A stretch of DNA of 62,787 nucleotides, the filler included, from Octopus bimaculoides (lineage: Eukaryota), in the NCBI RefSeq assembly GCF_001194135.2. It is 4 parts of 3 records of this genome, joined end to end, with 100 filler letters (N's around TTAATTAATTAA, not from the genome) between each part and the next. Parts side by side here need not be neighbours in the genome. Positions count along the whole stretch, not along the records: positions 16,624 to 34,254 come from NC_068986.1; positions 34,355 to 57,119 come from NC_068986.1; 2 more parts are not named here. The stretch is one strand, 5' to 3'. Positions 24,695 to 36,740 of this stretch are shown here, in pieces. The notes under the pieces are model-generated. The model saw nothing but the letters and a program-made list of their open reading frames with translations. It made no database searches and was not told where the DNA came from. How positions within the stretch are numbered: position 1 is the stretch's first letter; each line of letters starts with the position of its first letter. The position numbers and the translations under genes are program-made.

Positions 24695-25032
24695 GAAGTG
24701 GTTACTTAAAATGAGGGAAAAACCACGGAGATTGGGGATGGTTGGAAAGAGCGGACTAACAGGCCTCAGGATTAGTTTGTTATAACTAGATCCATATGAA
24801 ATGAAGCTACGCCATAAAACATTGATTCATTTTATTACGTAAAATAAAATAAAGCCAAAAGAACATCTTTTCATTAATATCACTGGGTAAATTTTTCGAC
24901 GATTTACAACTAAACCTTATATTCATAATAAAAAATATAATGCTTCATTTGTGAGACTGGAGTTACGTCCCATTGCTACTAGGGGAGATAACAAAGACCA
25001 GAGTTGCTTCCCTTGACAGGTGAGGCACTAAT
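24695..25032 (+). mobile_element. Unclassified ~340-bp dispersed element, copy 1
   Basis: Aligns end to end with the reverse complement of 25692-26030. Confidence 0.75.
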
Positions 25033-25051
25033 CCAGTAAAAATATGAATTA

Positions 25052-25457
25052 CTCTTTACTCTTTTACTTGTTTCAGTCATTTGACTGCGGCCATGCTGGA
25101 GCACCACCTTTAGTCGAGCAAATCGACCCCAGGACTTATTCTTTGGAAGCCTAGTACTTATTCTATCGGTCTCTTTTGCCGAACCGCTAAGTTACAGGGA
25201 CGTAAACACACCAGCATCGGTTGTCAAGCGATGTTGGGGGGACAAACACAGACACACAAACACACACATACACACACACATATATATACATATATGCGAC
25301 GGGCTTCTTTCAGTTTCCGTCTACCAAATCCACTCACAAGGCTTTGGTCAGCCCGAGGCTATAGTAGAAGACACTTGCCCAAGGTGCCACGCAGTGGGAC
25401 TGAACCCGGAACCATGTGGTTGGTAAGCGAGCTACTTACCACACAGCCACTCCTGCG
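25052..25457 (-). mobile_element. SINE group A, full length, young-looking
   Basis: Intact head (GCAGGAGTGGCTGTGTGGTAAG; GGTTCAGTCCC) and (AAAGAGT)n tail. Confidence 0.92.
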
Positions 25458-25459
25458 AA

Positions 25460-28400
25460 TTGGGAACAACTTTGATATAGCTATGATAGGTTTTGGCCAG
25501 TAGAAGCCCAGCGCATGTCTGACTTAACAGCACCAACTGGTAATGTCTTTTAGTCATATATGGGGCACCGTAGCTCACACTAGCAAAGAGCTATTATTGT
25601 TGGAGACATATCAGGGTGTAGGAGTTTGGTCTGGGATGTTTTGAAGAAAGTTGTCTGTGAAATTTGTTAATTTTATGGGATCCGTTTCCGTAGATTGCTT
25701 TGCCTCTTAAAGGAAACGACTCTTACGTTTGTTATCTCTCTTGGTAGAGATGGGTCGTAACTCCAGCCTCACAAACGAAGCATTAAACTTTTTATTATAA
25801 ATATAAGTTTTAGCGCAAATCGCCGTAAAATGATATTATTGAAAAGGTGTTTTTTGGCCTTTTTTTTTGTTTTATGTCATAAAATGAATCAAAGTTTTTT
25901 TTTTTGTGGCGTAACCTCATATCATATTAATTCAGTAATAACAAGCTTATCCTTAGGCCGGTTAGTCCGTCCTTTCCAACCATCCCAAGCTCCGTGGGTT
26001 TTTTTTTCCTTATTTTTACACGAACTTTTTAATCTTATTGGATCCGTTTCTGTTCTAACATATTTTGGTTTGGTATTAAAGAGAGCTGGATCGGTTGAGG
26101 TAAAGTAGTTGCGGCGTAATGTTGTTGTGTGTCCTGAGTTCGATTTTTCTAATGGGCGGATAGCACGGGGTCCAAATCTTGGGTGGATTTTTAAATTAAT
26201 GGCAACATCATTTGTGCAATATTGATGGAATATTTTCCACATCACACAAATGGTGTAGCGTGCGGGCGGCGTTGGTGAGAGTAGAGATTGAGTGATTTTA
26301 GTCGATTCCAATAGTCAACGCTTGTGATGCCGCCTGTCCTTCTTGTTAATGACTTCTGGAGTGCTTCCACTTTCATAATGAGTTGCTTCGTAGGGGGGAG
26401 ACAACAAGACATCAGTATTCAAGGTGGGGTCGGGCTAAAGTAGAGTAGAGAAGGATGATGGTCTACGTATCTCTCGGCCGGAAAGTTCTCAGAATCCAGG
26501 AGCACATCTTGCGGGTCAAGTCAAACTTGCTTTTTTCGTGGGAACTCCAGCTCAGATTGTCATCAACAATTACTCCAAGATCAAGGGAAGAGCACATGAT
26601 AGTTTCAGAGTATTCTCTTTTCCAAAGTGGATCAAACTAAACCTATCTCCATTTAGAAGCATATTGTTCTTTTCCACCCGTTGGACAAGAACAAATAGAT
26701 CTGACTGAAGGTATGTTCATTCTCCCATACCGTTTATGGCCTTCTGGAGTTCGGTATCATCTGCAAAGATTTTCGGTGTAGAATGTTTGATGACGTCTAC
26801 TATGTCATTGATGTGGATAATGAAGAGGAGTGGGCCCAAGAGACAGTACCTTGTGGGACACCAGAACTGACTTTGGCTGAGCTTGATCGGATTCCCTCAA
26901 ACACATGTTGGATTCTGTTCATTAGGAAACACTTTATCCCCTGCAGCAGCTTTCCACGAACTCCAATCTTGGTCAGTTTCTTCAGCAGGATTTTGTGGTC
27001 CACTCTGTCAAATGCCTTGCTGAAATCAAGGTATATGAAGTCAGTGTTGGAGCCTTCTCACAACGCTTTTAAAATGTCATCAAAATGTTGCAGAAGCTGC
27101 TACAGGAAGTCCCTGCCTTCACGGAAACCATACTGGTTGGGGTTCAGCAGATTGTTGTCTTCAAGGAAGTGTGTTATTTGCGATCTCACCACCCTGTCAA
27201 ATACTTTAATGATATGAGAGATGAGTGATATCAGACAGTAGTTCACTACAAAAAGATTTTCCCTTTTTGAAAACTGGAACAACAGACTGGGAAAGAAAAT
27301 GATCAGGAATGTAACCTGCGTCAACGTGAATGCTCCCAAAACTCAGCTAGATGGTTTGCCATGTAATGTCGACACATCTTCAGGATAGTGTCCGGGAACT
27401 TATCGGGACCTACTGCTGGGTTGTGCTTGATCTCATCTATTTCTGTTAGGATATCAGGAGCACCAAAAGTTAAGTCAGATAGAGTTAGTTGAGGGTTTAC
27501 ATCACTGATATCAGCTACTGGCGTTACTGAAAACAGAGCATTATTGTCTCTTCAGTATCTCGCACATAGATTTTGCATCATCATGTAAAGTGTTGTTCTC
27601 ATCAAGCAGAGTACCAACAGTGGAGACAGCGAATGAAAAGAATAATTTGAGATTGAGTTTTTATTTTGTCAATGGCCCAATTCTCATCAGCTGCTCTTTG
27701 TTTGTTAATGATAGTCTTCATTCTCTTTTGGAGGTTGTGTTTTCTCGATTCAAGTGATGCAATGGAAGTCGAATGGGAGCGTTGCTGCTGGCAGTATTTA
27801 AGTTGGTTGATTTTCTTGTTAATTCTTTTCATTTTTCTGACAATTGCTCTTCTATTTCTAGGGATTCTGCACAAAGATTTGTTTACTGATCTTAATAGAG
27901 TTAGCTTTGTGCATATATTTGTGACTGTATCTACAAATATCAGCCATGGTGTGTTTATGTTGGATGGGATGTGTGCGTTCATGAAGGCCCAATCAACTTG
28001 TGAACGACGATATTTGATCGCTTCCCAGTCTTCGTTCTGAAAATCCATAATGCCAAATGGATGTGCTTGAGAGATGTCATTGTATTTAATCTTTGGATGG
28101 TAGAATCTCGGATCGCTGAGACGTATGTCATGGCCTGAGAGAAAGGGCGTTTTTGTTGCACTGCGATATTGTGGATACTGTCAGTGTAATTACAAAATAT
28201 TAGGTCCAAGGTGTTTTTCTGACACCCTGTTGGTTCGAGAGCAATTTAGGTCAGGAAAAAACTCATCCATGAAATCAGAAAGCAATACCATTGCTTCCTT
28301 ATCAGGGGTTGAGGTGCAAAAACCTGGTTTCAAGCTGTTTGTGGACCAATCAACGCTGGGAAGGTTGAAGTCCCCCATATGTTGTCAGCATGACACTGAT

Positions 28401-28800
28401 GTATGCACTTTATGCTGTTGAGACATTCCTTGAAGCGTAGTAAAGGAGTTAGGAGTGGCCTATAGGACTCAGCTACTATTAAATTGTTGGCTTTATTATA
28501 CACAGAAGCTGTATTATAGTAGCCATTCGTAAATACATTCACAACTTCAGCCGAAAAAGAATCGTGCATGAAAATGGCGGTCTCGCCCTTTCTTCTGCTG
28601 GCACGTTCTGTACGGGTGGCTGTGAAATTCTTCACTCTAACCTCATCTTGCAAGTGGACGTTATTGAGATGGTTCACTGTGAGGACGAAGAAAGGGATAT
28701 GGTGTGGATGGTCATTAACCCAATCCTCAATAAATTGGGTCTTCCATTTTGGGGTATTGGTGGAAAGGCTAATGTCTTATGCATTGGGCGAAAATGTTGA
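25460..28800 (-). mobile_element. CR1-group LINE ORF2 (APE + RT), decayed, nearly complete
   Basis: APE: NHLNN..RRKGETAIF, GDFNLPSVDW, DLIFCN. RT: NPNQYGFREGR, YLDFSKAFDRVDHKILL, GVPQGTV, IFADD (26756-26767). C-terminus DYWNRLKSLNLYS and FLQNIPDQ; interrupted by 25692-26030. Confidence 0.92.
25692..26030 (-). mobile_element. Unclassified ~340-bp element, copy 2, inserted in the CR1 3' end
   Basis: Splits the CR1 peptide TETDPI; flanked by a 23-bp direct repeat 25669-25691/26031-26053 (20/23 identical). Confidence 0.8.
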
Positions 28801-28814
28801 GGCGATAGTGGTGG

Positions 28815-31800
28815 CCCATTCACGGGGCCATTCTTTCCACATTCACCCACCTTTCAACGAACTTATTGGATGACAGCATTTCCCTCTCCAGCCTCACTTT
28901 CCTTTTCAGGTGAAGGCTGAAAAAGTTAATGAGGCCTTGGCCAACCCTTTCAATCGCGTCCACCACACAACCATTTTGCCATAGCCACCAGATAGAGAAA
29001 AATTGCCCTCCCCTCCCGACTAAAGGCAGGAGGCAGTGCGATCTTCACAACGGACTCGGACGATAGCTAGATCCGTCCTACACGTAACAATAACTGTTCG
29101 ACAAAGCTCCACAAGTCACCAAGTGCGCGAACACTGTATGAGAGCATGCAGAACGGTTTCATCACTCCGCGTGCATCTCGGACAAGCCCGACTGACTGCA
29201 CATACGTGCCAATAGAAATTATATCGAACGGGAAGCCCCGCACCCAACCCAGCACTGGCAGGCTAGGGATTTCCTGAAGTTATCCATAGGTCTGGGCCCG
29301 AATGTCCATCTGAAGAGACCATCCAGTTGATCCTCCTCAATGCCCAGGACCTCTCCGAGTATGTCGTCGCTCTTGCCTTTCACTTATTCTCTATAGAATT
29401 CCAAGGTGGAACTTCCACCGACTGCATTACCCGACTGGCCGAGGGCTGTGAGCGTTTGAAGACACTCTAGGTGCCAAGCGCCCTGCTTCGGTCTACACTT
29501 GACCCGAAGACTGCAAATCTGTCAAGGAGACGAGCTGCGGAAATGCTCGTTCAACAAACGGGGCAACCACAATTGCTCACCATTAAGTTACCGTTGGAGA
29601 TGTCGCAGCCTCAGCGTATGTTTGCGCATCCGCAGCTACGGCATGCTCAGGTCTCCGCGCAACAGATGCTGACAGCAAATGGACCGCCTGATAAGCGGTG
29701 CCTGTCCTTTCCACAGGAAGCGGAAGAGCTACGAAGCAGAGCAAGGGATAACAGTCAAGCGGTAGTATATGACGTATGCGATGTACGCATTTACCACCTC
29801 CACCCGACCCTTCAAGGACAGCTTCCTCTCGGCCTATTTCTGGGTGGGACTGGCTACCCTGTGTCACTTCTTCCCAGTTCTTGACCACTTGGAGATCCGG
29901 ACCAAATCAGACCCCGAACAACTTAACAGTTCCTTCTGTCCAGCGCCCCACCACGCTGTCGGTTGGCATGGGACTGCCTCTTCAGGTGCCGAGCTGCAGG
30001 CCCAATGACTTCTAATTGATCATTGCTCCTGTCACCACTTCGTATTCCCTTAGGGTAATGCCGACCATCTCGATTTCCCAGGTGTCCGCATATGCCGACA
30101 CGAATTTCCCGCATCCCAGTTCACGCGGGAATCCCCTCGAAACTTCCAGCTTCCTCAGTAATGTCTCGAGTGCCGGTACGTAGAGAAGGGGCGAAAGTGG
30201 GCATTCTTGATGGACCGAATGTGCGATACTAATCGATTCTGATAATTGGCCATTTACTTTGACCACAGAACAAATATCATTGTACATTGCAGCGATCCTA
30301 CCTCTGAAAAAAGGACCGAAACCAGCCGCCTTGAGGACAGCATCCAAAAGCAGAAGGTCGACTCTATCAAAAGCTTCCGATTAATCCAAATGGATCAGGG
30401 CCCCACCCAAACCAGGTTCTTTACCAACCCTTTCTATGATGTATCGCGTGAGGTGGAGGTTGTCATGTATAGTTCTACTGGGGATAGCGCAAGTCTGCGC
30501 ATCACCCACCAGTCTGTCAACGACAAGCGCTAAATTCTTTACTAATATATTAGTCAAAATTTTGTAATCTGTATTTAGCAGACTTACCGGTCTAAAGTTA
30601 TCAACAATGTCCTCCTTGTTAGGATCCTTTCTCAGCAGCGTCACCACACCTCGGCTCACAAATCTGGGTATTCTCACATTCTGCTTCCAGTTGCGGTAGA
30701 CATCTGCCAAAATCTCACCAAACAAGTCTGGCGTATGTATATAAAGCTCGAAGAGCAGACTATCCAGTCCTGGAGACCTCTCCCTCGTGCAACTAACCAA
30801 CGCGTCACATATATCTTCAGCTGTTATTGACATTACGTAGAATTCCTCGTCACTGGCCGAAAGCCGTGGTATATCATCAAGGTAGGAAATGAAGTTTACC
30901 TCCGGGCTACCGCGCGCCCCGTACGGTTCAGCAAAGTTCCGCTGAAATTCCGCACCATCTGCTTGCACCTCGGCCACCTGAGCCCATTGAACGACTTTCT
31001 TTCCCTCCTGCTTTAGAGAACACGTCCTAGCTATGACAATGCAACCTTCAGGCTTGGTGTTGAAGAATTGGTTCTGAACCAATCTCGCTGCCAGCACGTC
31101 CTGAGAAAGGCCTCCAGGCGTCTGAAGAACTCCGACTGATCCGCTCCCGCCGGTGTGTCGGTGTGTACACTGCGACCAGTCCTAAAGCAGTACCCTCGTT
31201 ATCGTTCACATACAGGGCCACCAACTTACCTTCCCGGTCGACTAAGAGATGCGAAAATCTCAAAGTCATCGAAAATGGGAGCCAAGGCCCGTGTGTCCGT
31301 GTGCCCTCGTCTCACCGACTTAGCTACCTGAGGTCCAGACTTAGCTACCTGAGGTCGTTGCACAACCGTCCTTGCTTCCACGACGACCTCAGGCCACGCA
31401 TATTCATACACCCTACTTTAAGAACCGCCATGTTGGTTGGAGTGTCACTTACCCCACTGGTGCTGTTTGTGTGGTCGAGTTGTTCTCCCACCCTGTCTTG
31501 TTTGTTGGGTTCTTCTTGGAACCCCATTAACAGGCATCTGCTGGCCGTCACACTGGGAGATCCAATGTCATTCGGGAAGCTCCACTTAATGCTCGTATAA
31601 GTCTCTAATTATTAGGCTCTCCGGTACTCAAAAAGTGTTGGGGCTGCAGATTACCCCTCAGTATCAACGCTCTCGTTTTGTGCTATGAGGCCTATCAACT
31701 TTTCATTGGTCCTCCTCACTAGTACGAAGCTCCGCTGCTGTGCGGATGGTCGTTGCTGTTGTTGTTATAGTGAAGTTTTTCTTTTGAAAGCTTGTTGTGT

Positions 31801-32285
31801 TTTTGATTCTGTTGTGGGTGTTTGTGATGGTGTTGGTGATTGTGGCGGTTGTAGTGTTGGTAATGTCATCGGTGTGTCTGTGTTTATCGTTTCTTGGATT
31901 TCTCGCTTTTTCTGTGTCTCTTCTTTTGTTTTGCCTTTTGGACTTCCCTCTCATCCTCACTTGGATGCACGGAGGTGTGCATGTCTTGTATGTTTTCTTC
32001 TGGTGTTGTTTGTCCTGGTTATCTTGTTGTTGTTGCTGTTGTTGCTCCTGCTACTGTAGCTTCCGCTTCTGCTGCTGGTACTCCCCCTCACACTGTCACA
32101 TTTACTGTAACCCCTACCTGTTTTGCCTCCTTGGCTTCAATTTCTGTTTCTACTCTCTTGTTTTTCAGTTATTGTTCTGGGTTGTGGTGCTTTCGTTTGG
32201 ACATTTCTTTCTGCCCTTCTGTTCTGGTCCTGTGGGCAGTGAAACCGTCAGTGGCCCGTTGAACCACAATCCTGGCACAGCAATA
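28815..32285 (-). mobile_element. Tx1/L1-clade LINE, 5'-truncated within ORF1, decayed
   Basis: ORF1 knuckle CQDCGSTGH*RFHC (32236-32277); APE start VGCMNMRGL and GLVAVYTPT; RT RPVSLLNTDYKIL, LD*SEAFDRVD, QECPLSPLLY, AYAD; CPRCTRSDETVLHALIQC; C-terminus LKRKVRLEREML..FVERW. Confidence 0.9.
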
Positions 32286-32296
32286 ACAACAACAAC

Positions 32297-32363
<67 letters not shown>

Positions 32364-32415
32364 GTAATCATGATAATAGAGGTAGTAGTAGTAGTAGTCG
32401 TCGTAATTGTAGTAA
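32281..32415. repeat. (AAC)n(AAT)n(GTA)n microsatellite at the Tx1 5' break
   Basis: Visible array. Confidence 0.95.
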
Positions 32416-33388
32416 TTTCTTTCTAATATAATTTTTAATAATAAGAATAAGAATGATGATAGTATTAACAGCAACAACAATGAGAGCGACTTTATTCAAT
32501 GAAGTTCTGTCTGCAATCAAATGGTATAAACAGAAAAGGAATTAGGAAGGATTTACTGAAATTTAGTCATGTTTAAGATAAGAATAAATAAAACAAGACA
32601 AACGAAAAAACAAAATAACGAAACAAAAACCCCAACACTGTTTGAGAGAATTAATAATGGCGAGAAGTAAACATTAAAGAAAACCGCCATTTTTGTTAGT
32701 ACGTGACAAAATGGTAGTCTTTCTATCGCTACGTTTAAGACCTGGAATCCGGTTGGCAGATTTGGATAGATTTGAAATTTAAGAACCTCACTAGATTGCC
32801 GGATGTAAATGGTGGATTTTAGAAAGTTCGGTGGTAAACATAGAATCGTGTATTATCACTATTACTCTCTGAAACGAAAAGATCGTGATAACGCCATCTT
32901 TTAAAACAATCATCAAAAAATATAAATAAGTAGAAAAATATATAACTGTTGTTACTGCTGCTGTCATTCATATTGTTGACTATAAAAGGCAGCTGGAATT
33001 GTTGAAACGTAATGAAAAGAGTGCACATTTCTGTCAGGAAAGAAAAGTAGCATTAACTGAATGGGAGAGGAACCTGTACCCACTTCAGCGTCTCTAAATA
33101 CCTGGTAAGGACGACAATCTATTTCAGTTAGCAATTCGCCATTTCTTCGATAGTCTTTTTATATATTCTAGAGACTGTTATATTATGAAATGAAGAAATG
33201 TTAAATAAAGTGTCAAGCCCGAGAAATATAATACCAACGATAGTGACGATGTTTTTCGTGACTAAATCCGATAAGCGAAACACCAATAATATTTCCACTT
33301 TTTTTAAAATTTGTAATGTCGCCTGGCGCTTATCTAGTCAGCATAAAATTTCAAGTAACGAGTACTAGAAAATAGTCAACTCTAATAG

Positions 33389-33433
<45 letters not shown>

Positions 33434-33542
33434 CCCACAAACATATATTCACATATTCTCTATAACAGTGAGTACACTATGTATGTAGCACACACTGTCT
33501 AAATAATACACTATAAGTACGTATATATGCACATGCGTGTGC

Positions 33543-33590
<48 letters not shown>

Positions 33591-34129
33591 ATATATTCAT
33601 ACATACGCATCTATAAACCTATACATCGGTAGTGGAATATATAGTCAGTATAAGGTGTTGATGTGGCTGCGTGTTTACTATTTCAAGAGTTGATAAAGAG
33701 ATGAAAGAATAAATTCTAGATCTATATACTTACTACATAGGAATATATATTTTATTCCTGGTCGATGATGATACATGGAATCAAATTGTAGAATCTAACT
33801 GAAAGAAGTAATCTATGCAAGGAAGTTCACAAATAGAAAATGTAGAACAAAAGCTAAGTGGTTGCATATAGAAATAGATGATAACAATGACGTGAATAGC
33901 TTTAAATCTAATCAACTTAGAAGCGAAGAGCAGGGTTAGCAAGCTGTTTTTATTAATGGAACGCTAGACATTCTAGAAACTTCTAAGAGAAACGCTAAGC
34001 TTCTTGAATAAACAAGAGTCACGTCTCGTGACAACGATACTTCGAGAAGCTTAGAAAAGGGAGATTACTCTATGACCTTTCTTGCAAAAGGGATCATTCA
34101 ACTATCTAGCTACGTTGCTACACATCTCA

Positions 34130-34218
<89 letters not shown>

Positions 34219-34254
34219 CGTGTGTGATTATATATATATATATATATATATATA

Positions 34255-34354
34255 NNNNNNNNNNNNNNNNNNNNNNNNNNNNNNNNNNNNNNNNNNNNTT
34301 AATTAATTAANNNNNNNNNNNNNNNNNNNNNNNNNNNNNNNNNNNNNNNNNNNN
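34255..34354. other. Artificial scaffold spacer N44-TTAATTAATTAA-N44
   Basis: Same layout as 16524-16623. Confidence 0.95.
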
Positions 34355-34454
34355 AATGGGAGAAGAACTCAACACAGCCAGAAAAACAAGGGACAAAACA
34401 GGTGTATAAACAACAAGCAGGTGTATTAGTTTGACGCTCGGGAAGGTGAGAAAG

Positions 34455-34492
34455 CCTTTTACGTTTCGAGCCTACGCTCTTCAACAGAAAGG
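34455..34492 (-). ncRNA. Minimal type I hammerhead-like motif with variant core CUGUUGA
   Basis: CCUUU-CUGUUGA-A-GAGC(GUAG)GCUC-GAA-ACGU-A/AAAGG: 5-bp stem I, 4-bp stem II, palindromic stem III. Confidence 0.6.
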
Positions 34493-34615
34493 AACATAAG
34501 GAAATAAACAGAGAGAAAAAACAACTTTTGGAGTTAGCGGTCAATCATGGCGACAAGCTGGACAAAGGTGTAATATATACAAATACGCTTGTATCTCTCT
34601 CCCCCTCTCTCTCTT

Positions 34616-34661
<46 letters not shown>

Positions 34662-34769
34662 CCTCTCTCTGTATGTATATGTGTGTGTATATATATATAT
34701 ATATGTATATACATATATATGAGTGTGTGTATCTGTCTGTCTGTGTTTGTGTGTGTATGTGTGTGTGTA

Positions 34770-34992
34770 TCTTTGTGTGTTTGTTTGTCCCCCCACTACC
34801 ACCGCTTAACAACCGGTGTTGGTGTGTTTACGTCCCTGTAACTTGGCTGTTCGGCAAAAGTTTTCGATAGAATAAGTAACAAACTTTACAAAAAAAAAAA
34901 AAAAAAGATAATAAGCACTGGGGTCGATTCTTTCGGCTAAAATTCTTCAAGACTGGCAGCAATCTAATAACTGAAACAAGATAAAGAAAGAA
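34770..34992 (+). mobile_element. SINE group A, 3' half
   Basis: GTTTGTCCCCC...GGTGTGTTTACGTCC...GGGGTCGATT...ACTGAAACAAG. Confidence 0.8.
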
Positions 34993-34994
34993 AA

Positions 34995-35037
<43 letters not shown>

Positions 35038-35146
35038 TATAAATCATATACATGCGTGCATACATACGTGCATTCATATGTACATATTCTATGTGTGTGT
35101 GTGTGTGTGTGGTGTGTCTGTGTGTGTGTGTGTTTGTGTGTGTGTG

Positions 35147-35216
<70 letters not shown>

Positions 35217-35449
35217 GCAGGATAAACCCTTGATTTAACTAACAGACACTTCATAATGTTGGTGTGTAGATAGTTTGTATCGGGGCGGAACATATGCTGA
35301 GAGCTATAAGAAAGCTGCTTATTGATATTATCTATTACTCTTCTGTATATGATTCTCATTTGAAAGGTGTTATATGACACAAGCCTCTCATTGGTTTTGT
35401 GTATTGATACTGTCCCTTTATGAATTTCTTTACTGCTTGTTTTTCAGTT

Positions 35450-35720
35450 TTTATTGTGGTCGTCCTGTATCTACATAGTTCTGTTTGAGTATCTTCAGTG
35501 GACTAGCAAAACTGATTGTCTGAATTTTTAAAGGTAGTGTTGGAAGGTCATCTGGTTCTGAAGCGAAGTTATAACTTAGACAGCTTATTGGTTTGATTAT
35601 GTCCTGTTCGGTAAACTTTATATACATAAAGATTGATAGATAATGAATTTCAATATCCGATAAATTTATAGTTGTTCTTCTATAATCAGAACAGGAAAAT
35701 AATGTCACGAGGGGAGAAAA
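35450..35720 (-). mobile_element. CR1-group LINE RT N-terminal relic
   Basis: FTEQDIIKPISCLSYNFASEPDDLPTLPLK..FASPLKIL resembles the CR1 pattern F.EEDI..AI..L..NSA.GPD..P..LLK..LA.PL..L. Confidence 0.5.
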
Positions 35721-36099
35721 TTCATCTACCATTTGGTTAAAGGCAAAAACGTTGTTGAGCAACAATTATCTTTCAACAGGAACTAGGCATAAATAAACAA
35801 ATAAATAAAAATAAATAAATGAAAATAATAAATAAAAACGGGTCGAGGGGCAGGTATGACAAATGCCTTTTGTTAATGTTTTTCATAATTTATTACGCCC
35901 TTCCGGTTTAGTTTCACATACTAACGTTACTAAGGTAATTAACCTACTAAGAGTTTTTTTTTGTCTCATCCGCTAAATGAAATTATTAATGGTATGCGGA
36001 GACAGCATTTTCGTAGCCGGCGGCAGAAGATAAAATGATTGAAGGAACTAACAAAATCATCACCGAGGATCTCTTGTAGCGAAAACATATCCTTAACAC

Positions 36100-36560
36100 A
36101 GTTAGCACCATTATATCTGGCTCTTCTCTTCAATACCAAAAGATATTTGAGCTTCTAACAATCATTGATATTTTGTGAAGCTCAGGTGAGGCCACAGTTG
36201 AATACTGTTCTCACATCTGACTGTTGCACACAGAGACATCTCACAGTACATCCGGAAAAAAGCTACCAGACTGGTACGAAACCACTCACAGATACGCCCT
36301 ACTTCTGATCCATTAGTGCACTGTCTCTTTTATATACTTTTTCTATGACGATAAGACACTTTGCTTCTCATAGCTGGCTGAGGCCCATGCCACTTTCATT
36401 CAAACTTTTCCATCCTACTCGTTACTCATTTTTCCATCACACTTGCTACGTCCAGCTACCCCAGGCCTCGCATTGATTATTGCGCCCAGTCCTTCTTAGA
36501 ACGTCGACTCTTCCTGCAGGTTTTTGATTCACAAATGTTCAAGAGGAACAATAATTGCTG
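36100..36560 (+). mobile_element. CR1/L2-group LINE C-terminal relic
   Basis: AQVRP followed by frameshifted EYCSHI* at ~36180-36220; KKATRL downstream. Confidence 0.5.
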
Positions 36561-36589
36561 TTTATTTTATTTTATTTTATTTTATTTTG

Positions 36590-36740
36590 TACGGCCTCGT
36601 AACTTAGCAGGAAAGGAAGGCCGATAAAATAAGTACCAGACTTAAAAATAGTCCTGGTGTTGGATTTGTTCGACTAAAACCTTTGAGGCGGTGCCTCAAC
36701 ACGGTTGTTCTATACTAAACGAAACAAATAAAAGATAACA
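36590..36740 (+). mobile_element. SINE group A, 3' fragment
   Basis: GTAACTTAGC..ATAAGTACCAG..GATTTGTTCGACTAA..GGCGGTGCC. Confidence 0.7.

Noticed and set aside
16624-34254. Additional ST7 exons (for example FNPHVPK or TFRMIPYPLEKGH)
   Set aside because: A manual scan for back-translated motifs on the minus strand found none; they may lie in gaps or on other scaffolds.
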